41,761 nucleotides of DNA from UHGV virus genome UHGV-0249630; one strand, 5' to 3'. Position 1 is the first letter of the stretch. Every line of letters begins with the position of its first letter. Both the position numbers and the translations under genes were made by a program. A model generated the notes under the pieces. That model saw nothing but the letters and a program-made list of their open reading frames with translations. It was not told the origin of the DNA and did no database searches. The stretch is from a virus. Shown here piece after piece: positions 36,202 to 41,761 of the stretch.

Positions 36202-36224
36202 GAGGCAATAAAGCCTCTTTTTTT
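36202..36224 (+). terminator. Intrinsic terminator
   Basis: GAGGC-AATAAA-GCCTC plus T run. Confidence 0.7.
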
Positions 36225-36355
36225 ATGCACAAATTTCTCAAAAAAAACTCACACCTAGTCACACTTGTTTACACCTTGAAAATGAGTTATTGTTAGAATG
36301 TGAAAGTTTTGTGATTAACACTTGAAATTTTTTAGGAATTAAGCAATAATATATT

Positions 36356-36585
36356 TGTTAGTAACAAAACATTAAAACATTTTATTGCTAACAAAATTTT
36401 ATGATTTACGTAATAAAAAGAGCGTCTGCTCTATAACAAACGCTCAAAAACAAAATTAATTTTTGACGACAAAAAATGGGGAGCGTCCACAAAAGTAAAC
36501 GCTCCGGGGTGTATCAATCTTTAGACAAGATTAATACGGATATAGCTATTACAAGCAGTGTCAGTGCAAGTAATAGCTTTTTTAT
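36356..36585 (+). ncRNA. Putative multi-hairpin antisense antitoxin RNA
   Basis: TTGAAA-17-AATAAT at 36322-36350; several stems; ends at AGCTATTAC...GTAATAGCT plus T run. Confidence 0.45.
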
Positions 36586-36597
36586 TGAATTAAGCAT
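36514..36597 (-). CDS. Putative type I toxin peptide MLNSIKKLLLALTLLVIAISVLILSKD
   Basis: AAGGGAG RBS; TG-T-TATAAT promoter at 36681-36673; single hydrophobic helix. Confidence 0.65.
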   Translation of the reverse strand: MLNSIKKLLLALTLLVIAISVLILSKD

Positions 36598-36731
36598 TGT
36601 TTCTCTCCCTTCCTGCCCCTAAGTCTGTATAACAACGTGTGTGGCTTGGGATGAGGCATGCTTAATAATTTGATTATAACACACATTTAAAATCATATTA
36701 AAATCAATCCTTAAAATTATCTTATTCTCAG

Positions 36732-36757
36732 AGCCGCTTCAACTAGCGGCTTTTTTA
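36732..36757 (+). terminator. Intrinsic terminator
   Basis: AGCCGCT-TCAACT-AGCGGCT plus T run. Confidence 0.65.
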
Positions 36758-36768
36758 TTGGGAAAATT

Positions 36769-37203
36769 ATGGAAGATATTAATAAACTTATCGTACTGCT
36801 TATTGCAGTTAAAGGCTATGCCAAAAATATTCATTATAAAGTACATGGTGAAGCGTTCTACGGGAAGCATCTGTTTGTGGACAGAATTGTCGGTGCTAAT
36901 GACGATGATGATGAAATCATTGACGGGTACATTGACCTTTTAAAAGAAGTTTGCATTTTAGGACATGGATTTGAGCCGTTGTCAACAGAAGAATATTATA
37001 ACAATTCTCTTGAGTTGTTCCCAGAAACATCTGAAAATGATGACCAGTTAAACTTTGCTAATATGCTTACATTATTAGTGCAAACGCTTGATTTTATTGA
37101 AAATCTTAAAGATTTGTCGAAAGGTGATGAAAATCTCATCGGAGCTATTGCACAGGATTTACAGCAAAATGCGGGGTTGTTAAGTTTGCAGGTAAAGAAT
37201 TAA
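36769..37203 (+). CDS. Ferritin/Dps-like protein
   Basis: KNIHYKVHGEAFYGKHLFVD resembles the Dps HWNVxGxxFxxxH motif; acidic and helical. Confidence 0.55.
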   Translation: MEDINKLIVLLIAVKGYAKNIHYKVHGEAFYGKHLFVDRIVGANDDDDEIIDGYIDLLKEVCILGHGFEPLSTEEYYNNSLELFPETSENDDQLNFANMLTLLVQTLDFIENLKDLSKGDENLIGAIAQDLQQNAGLLSLQVKN

Positions 37204-37435
37204 ACTTGCTAAGGGAATAAATAAGCTCGGATTTTCACCGAGCTTATTATTTTAAAATTTCAATGTTAACAAGTAAATTATTAACAAAATAATTGTCTTA
37301 TTCATTTTTCCTCCTTTCATTTATGAGGTTACCCTTGTAAACTCTACATGACTATTATGAAACATATAAAAACGGGCAATTTTCATGCCGTAAATTGCCT
37401 GAAAATATAAAATAAATACAAAAGAGAAGATATTT

Positions 37436-37771
37436 ATGGCAAACTCTGAAAACTTAAAACCGATGAATAAGCGAACGAAGAGTGAACAAAGAGAAATTGC
37501 TAAAAAGGCAGGTATAAAATCCGGTGAAGTCAGACGGGCAAGAAAGACGCTTAAGGAAGAACTTTTATTGCTGCTTGAAAACGGCGATACACAGAACAAA
37601 ATAAGTTTTGCACTGATTAAAAAAGCTACTAAAGGTGATATCAAAGCATTTGAAGTTATCCGAGATACAATCGGTGAAAAACCCGCGGACAAACACGAAC
37701 TCAAAGGCGAGTTTAAGCAAAAGGCAACACTGGAAGATATAAAGAATTTGAAAAAAATGTTAGATGAATGA
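37436..37771 (+). CDS. terS: Terminase small subunit
   Basis: ENLKP...REIAKKAGIKSG motif; overlaps terL start. Confidence 0.7.
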   Translation: MANSENLKPMNKRTKSEQREIAKKAGIKSGEVRRARKTLKEELLLLLENGDTQNKISFALIKKATKGDIKAFEVIRDTIGEKPADKHELKGEFKQKATLEDIKNLKKMLDE

Positions 37772-39212
37772 TGAAAAATTACAAGCCTTAATGAATAATC
37801 CTGTTGTTGCAGGGCAATTATTAAGGACAAGTTTAAAGCTTTATATCAAAGTTTTTCATTATTACCTTTACCGCAAAGAGTTCATTTTCCAGCCGTTTCA
37901 CGAAATTGTTATTAAAAAGCTTGAAGATATAGCGTTCGGAAACAACACAAAAAACAACCTTTACATTGGGATTGCGCCACGTTTCGGTAAATCAGCAATA
38001 GCACAGTATTTTACAAGCTGGAGCTATGCACTAAATCAAGATTGTAACTTTCTTTATACATCATACGGCGACGACCTTGTTAATGAGTTTTCAAGCGTTA
38101 TCAGAAGTATCATAAACAGTCCCCTGTATAAACAGCTCTTTGATGTCAGTATTTCAAGAGATACAAACGCCAAGGACTTATGGAAAATCACAGGCGGAGG
38201 GGCGTTAAGAGCAGCACCGTTAAAAGGGGTTATAACAGGTTTCGGAGCGGGGATAGTTCAGGATACATATGGCGGGGCTATTATTATTGATGACTTTTTA
38301 AAAGCTGCTGATTACCGCTCACAAGCAGAAAAAGAACGGGTTATCGATATATTTGAGAATACTCTCAAATCCCGCCGTAACAATCCTAAAACGCCGATTA
38401 TAATTATTGCACAAAGACTTGCAACAGATGATTTAATCGGGTATTTACAAAACAATCCGCAGGCTGATGAGTGGGATTTTTGCATAATTCCTACAGCAGA
38501 TGAAGAAAAACAGACATCAATCTGGGAGGATAAGCTGCCCTATAGCGATTTAATGAAAATGAAACGGATTAATCCGTTTCTTTATTATTCACAGTATCAG
38601 CAAACCCCGATTGTAATAGGTGGCAGCGTTATAAAAACAGAGTGGTTCAGATACTATCCACTTGACGTTAAGTATACATACAGACGTATTTTTATAACCG
38701 CTGACACCGCAATGAAAGTCAAAGAACATAACGATTTTACTGTCTTTTTGGTTGTAGGAATAACAGACAACGGGAAATTACACGTTCTTGATATGTTACG
38801 GGGCAAGTGGGAAGCGCCGGATTTACGAAAACAACTGGTTTACCTTTGGACAAAATGGAATAATCCGCAAATGTACGGGCTTAATTGTTCAGGGGTTTAC
38901 ATTGAAGATAAAGCAAGCGGAACAGGGTTAATTCAGGAATTTAGCACGAATACAAGTGTTCCTGTGTTTGCAGTTCAAACTGATAAAGACAAATTAACAC
39001 GTGTTGAAGCAATGTTACCGCACCTTGAAGCAGGTAACATTATGCTTCCTGCTGATGAAAATTATAGTTCTAACCCTGATGTAATAAGCGAATGTCAGGC
39101 ATTTACGCGTGATGATAGCCACAAACACGATGATATTATTGACGCCCTCTGTATAGCAGTTCAAGAGGGATTAGCACAGTTAGAAGTCTCTATTTTAGAC
39201 TTTTTCAGGTAA
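37764..39212 (+). CDS. terL: Terminase large subunit
   Basis: APRFGKS Walker A, IIIDD Walker B, ADTA, IEDKASG and HDDIID nuclease motifs. Confidence 0.95.
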   Translation: MNDEKLQALMNNPVVAGQLLRTSLKLYIKVFHYYLYRKEFIFQPFHEIVIKKLEDIAFGNNTKNNLYIGIAPRFGKSAIAQYFTSWSYALNQDCNFLYTSYGDDLVNEFSSVIRSIINSPLYKQLFDVSISRDTNAKDLWKITGGGALRAAPLKGVITGFGAGIVQDTYGGAIIIDDFLKAADYRSQAEKERVIDIFENTLKSRRNNPKTPIIIIAQRLATDDLIGYLQNNPQADEWDFCIIPTADEEKQTSIWEDKLPYSDLMKMKRINPFLYYSQYQQTPIVIGGSVIKTEWFRYYPLDVKYTYRRIFITADTAMKVKEHNDFTVFLVVGITDNGKLHVLDMLRGKWEAPDLRKQLVYLWTKWNNPQMYGLNCSGVYIEDKASGTGLIQEFSTNTSVPVFAVQTDKDKLTRVEAMLPHLEAGNIMLPADENYSSNPDVISECQAFTRDDSHKHDDIIDALCIAVQEGLAQLEVSILDFFR

Positions 39213-39215
39213 TTT

Positions 39216-40610
39216 ATGACAAATAAAACCAACAAATACCGAAAATATGTCAACAAAAATAGACAGGTGCAAAATGTGCATAAAGCTGTTAATTCTCTGG
39301 AAACTGCTTTGCGTATTGGCGGCAATGCGTGGAATGACAGCCTTAGTACCTGGAATGCCTATACAAATATAAAATATGACCTGATTAGCTGGCAGCAGTA
39401 TTTAATCAATAATCTCTATAAGACTTACGGTATTCTTGCAACAATCGTAAAACAGCCGGTAGATGATGCGTTCAGAAACGGAGCATTCGAGCTTGAAAGC
39501 GACACCTTAAATGCAGAAGAACTTGAAGAACTATACAACACCCTGATTATGAACGGGGATATGCTCGCTTTCAAAAAAACAGGCTATTGGGCAAGATGTT
39601 TTGGCGGGTCTGCGCTTATAGCGCTGACAGGAGATTTGAAACGCCCGCTTAATAAAAATAAACTTGAAGGGCAGCTGCTTGAATTTCTTGCTGTTGATCG
39701 CTGGAGATTACAGTATTCTAAAAGCAATATAAATATTCCTGACGGGATTTTTAATGTAATTCAGACCGAAAGAACAGAAGCGAATACTCTAAATCAAATA
39801 GACTATTCCAAACTCAAAATAATGAAAGGTGTTGAAGCCCCTTTTATTATTGAGCAGGAATTACAGGGCTGGGGAATGTCTGTATTTGAACAGATATTCC
39901 AGCAATGCTCACAATATTTTAAATCACAAAATGTAATTTTTGAACTTCTTGACGAAGCTAAAACAGATATTTTAAAACTTTCAACTCTTTCTGCAGCGCT
40001 TTCATCTGCAAATGGCGAAGTAGCTTTACAGCGTATGGTTGATATGATTGCACGCTGTAAAAACTACAAATCGCAGATAACCCTTTCTACAAGCGATGAT
40101 TACGAGCAAAAACAAATAAGTTTCAGCGGATTAGCTGAAATTATGAAAGAAATACGCATACTGATTTCTGCCTGTGCAAAAATGCCGATTGCAAAAATCT
40201 GGGGTGTAGGTTCAAGCGGTTTTTCATCAGGAGAAGATGATCTCGAAAATTATAACGCAATGGTTGAAAATGAGGTCAGGGAGCCTATGCTACCCATAAT
40301 AAAATGGGCGATAGATTTAAGATGTATTCAGCTTTTCGGGCGTAAAATCCCTGATTTGCGGATTATTTGGAAGCCTCTGCGTGTCCTTTCTGCCATTGAT
40401 ATGCAGAATATCGACGACCACAAAGTCGCTAATGCATTACAGCTTTTTGACCGCCAATTGCTTTCCCCGCAAGAGATTATGGAGTATCTGAAAAAAGAAA
40501 ATATCTTTGTTATGGATACAAAAGCAATTAGGGGCGAATTAGAGGATGAGCCGCTATTTAATAACCAGATACAGGATACAACCAAACTTGTTGATATTAC
40601 AAAAGAATGA
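39216..40610 (+). CDS. Portal protein (DUF1073-like)
   Basis: PVDDAFR, WARCFGGS, WGMSV and GFSSGEDD motifs; follows terL. Confidence 0.85.
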   Translation: MTNKTNKYRKYVNKNRQVQNVHKAVNSLETALRIGGNAWNDSLSTWNAYTNIKYDLISWQQYLINNLYKTYGILATIVKQPVDDAFRNGAFELESDTLNAEELEELYNTLIMNGDMLAFKKTGYWARCFGGSALIALTGDLKRPLNKNKLEGQLLEFLAVDRWRLQYSKSNINIPDGIFNVIQTERTEANTLNQIDYSKLKIMKGVEAPFIIEQELQGWGMSVFEQIFQQCSQYFKSQNVIFELLDEAKTDILKLSTLSAALSSANGEVALQRMVDMIARCKNYKSQITLSTSDDYEQKQISFSGLAEIMKEIRILISACAKMPIAKIWGVGSSGFSSGEDDLENYNAMVENEVREPMLPIIKWAIDLRCIQLFGRKIPDLRIIWKPLRVLSAIDMQNIDDHKVANALQLFDRQLLSPQEIMEYLKKENIFVMDTKAIRGELEDEPLFNNQIQDTTKLVDITKE

Positions 40611-41581
40611 TAAAAATCAAAGATATTAAAAACAAAAAAATCTACGAGAATATCATTTTTAAACAGTTGTTCAGCTATCTTGATGAAGGCATATTTAAGC
40701 CTCTTTTTGAGATTATGAATTACAACCCTGCTAAGGCACAGAATGACTATAATCCTATAACAGAAGCTTTAAAATCAGGTTCTGTAATCTACACAGATGA
40801 GGGATTTAAGGCTAAATATAAGTTCTCTAACGCACAGGCAAAGGAGTTTGAACGCTGGGGAGCTAAGTATAATAAATGGACTAAAACTTACCAGATACCT
40901 TATAGCAATATTCCGAATAATGTACTTGTCGCCTTATCAGAAAATCAGATAAAGCAGCAAGCGCAGATTACGGCTGTTCAGAATTTCATCAAAGAACTTG
41001 ACGCAAACCTGCCATATATGATTGACACAATGCTGTTTGACACACAGGTTGAAACAATTCTTGATGACGCAGGTAACACTTTAAAACAAAATACAAAAAA
41101 GCTCAATGTAATTGTTCCTGAACTTGATGAAGCACAGAAGCAGGCTATTGCAAGGGATTACACAAACAATATGCGTTTTTGGATTAAAGAATGGGCAAGT
41201 GAACATTTAATCCCTGAAATGCGAAAAAGAGTTCAAGAAGCGGTGCTTACTGGTTACAGAACTGATTATGTTCAAAAAATGCTAGAAAAAGAATTCGGGA
41301 TGGCAAAACGCAAAGCAAAGTTTTTAGCCCGCAACGAAACGTCCATAATGCTTGCAGAATACCGCAAGACAGAGTATCAGAAAATAGGAATTAACCATTT
41401 TATCTGGTCTACAACAATGGACGGGAGAGAACGGGAGTTACACGAAAAACTTGATGGGACTACATGGAGTTTTAACAACCCGCCTGTAATAGATGAAAAA
41501 GGCACGAGGGGGTTACCTGGAGAAACATACAATTGCCGGTGTCATATTATCCCCTACATACCGAACTCCCCATATAGGTAA
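40607..41581 (+). CDS. MuF/SPP1 gp7-like minor head protein
   Basis: AKFLARNET, FIWST..D.RER..H and PGETYNCRC motifs. Confidence 0.9.
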   Translation: MIKIKDIKNKKIYENIIFKQLFSYLDEGIFKPLFEIMNYNPAKAQNDYNPITEALKSGSVIYTDEGFKAKYKFSNAQAKEFERWGAKYNKWTKTYQIPYSNIPNNVLVALSENQIKQQAQITAVQNFIKELDANLPYMIDTMLFDTQVETILDDAGNTLKQNTKKLNVIVPELDEAQKQAIARDYTNNMRFWIKEWASEHLIPEMRKRVQEAVLTGYRTDYVQKMLEKEFGMAKRKAKFLARNETSIMLAEYRKTEYQKIGINHFIWSTTMDGRERELHEKLDGTTWSFNNPPVIDEKGTRGLPGETYNCRCHIIPYIPNSPYR

Positions 41582-41585
41582 AAAA

Positions 41586-41761
41586 ATGAAAGCAATAAAC
41601 AAAGTATTTTTAGGACAGGAAAATAAAGGACGCGGAAGGTATTTTAAATCCCGCTTCATAGAGGCTGGACTTGTACAATACGATTTTGGTTTGTGTCTTT
41701 TACCAAAGGAAAATCTGGATAAATTCGTTCAGGGATTTGTAGGGTGTCCTGTAATTATTGA
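41586..41761 (+). CDS. 5' part of DUF2213-like protease gene (continues at base 1)
   Basis: MKAINK...GCPVII-D joins in frame to HNEVY at the window start. Confidence 0.8.
   Translation, partial: MKAINKVFLGQENKGRGRYFKSRFIEAGLVQYDFGLCLLPKENLDKFVQGFVGCPVII

Noticed and set aside
37321..37830. 169-aa minus-strand ORF
   Set aside because: Antisense to terS and terL; no recognisable motif
40607..41581. MuF-fused polymorphic toxin
   Set aside because: Protein ends just after the CRC motif; no toxin extension or immunity gene
1..41761. Host assignment and alternative genetic code
   Set aside because: Host cannot be named without searching the att core; genes read normally in the standard code with no sign of stop reassignment

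Overview
The window is an apparently complete, circularly permuted ~41.8 kb genome of an AT-rich temperate tailed phage with a contractile (myovirus-type) tail. The head protease ORF reads in frame across the end/start junction, and an intact attP (3' part of tRNA-Ser(GCT) between arm-type repeats) lies next to a tyrosine integrase, so this is the excised form. Layout: + strand packaging/head/tail/baseplate/fibre/lysis (37.4 kb through the junction to 18.3 kb); - strand early, replication, recombination and xis-int operon (30.4 to 18.6 kb); + strand CI-like repressor and accessory island (30.5-37.2 kb). Highlights found by reading the sequence: (1) an invertible tail-fibre tip, with a silent second C-terminus on the - strand between perfect 32-bp inverted repeats and no invertase gene in the genome; (2) an LPD3/BECR-like nuclease-type domain inside the head protease-scaffold polyprotein, bounded by recurring A-x-N motifs and overlapped by a near-consensus antisense promoter that would make a hairpin sRNA; (3) two unannotated type I toxin-antitoxin-like loci; (4) a -1 frameshift tail chaperone; (5) a combinatorially shuffled 60-bp repeat (LRR-like) gene. 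Family names come from motif recognition only; no searches were run.
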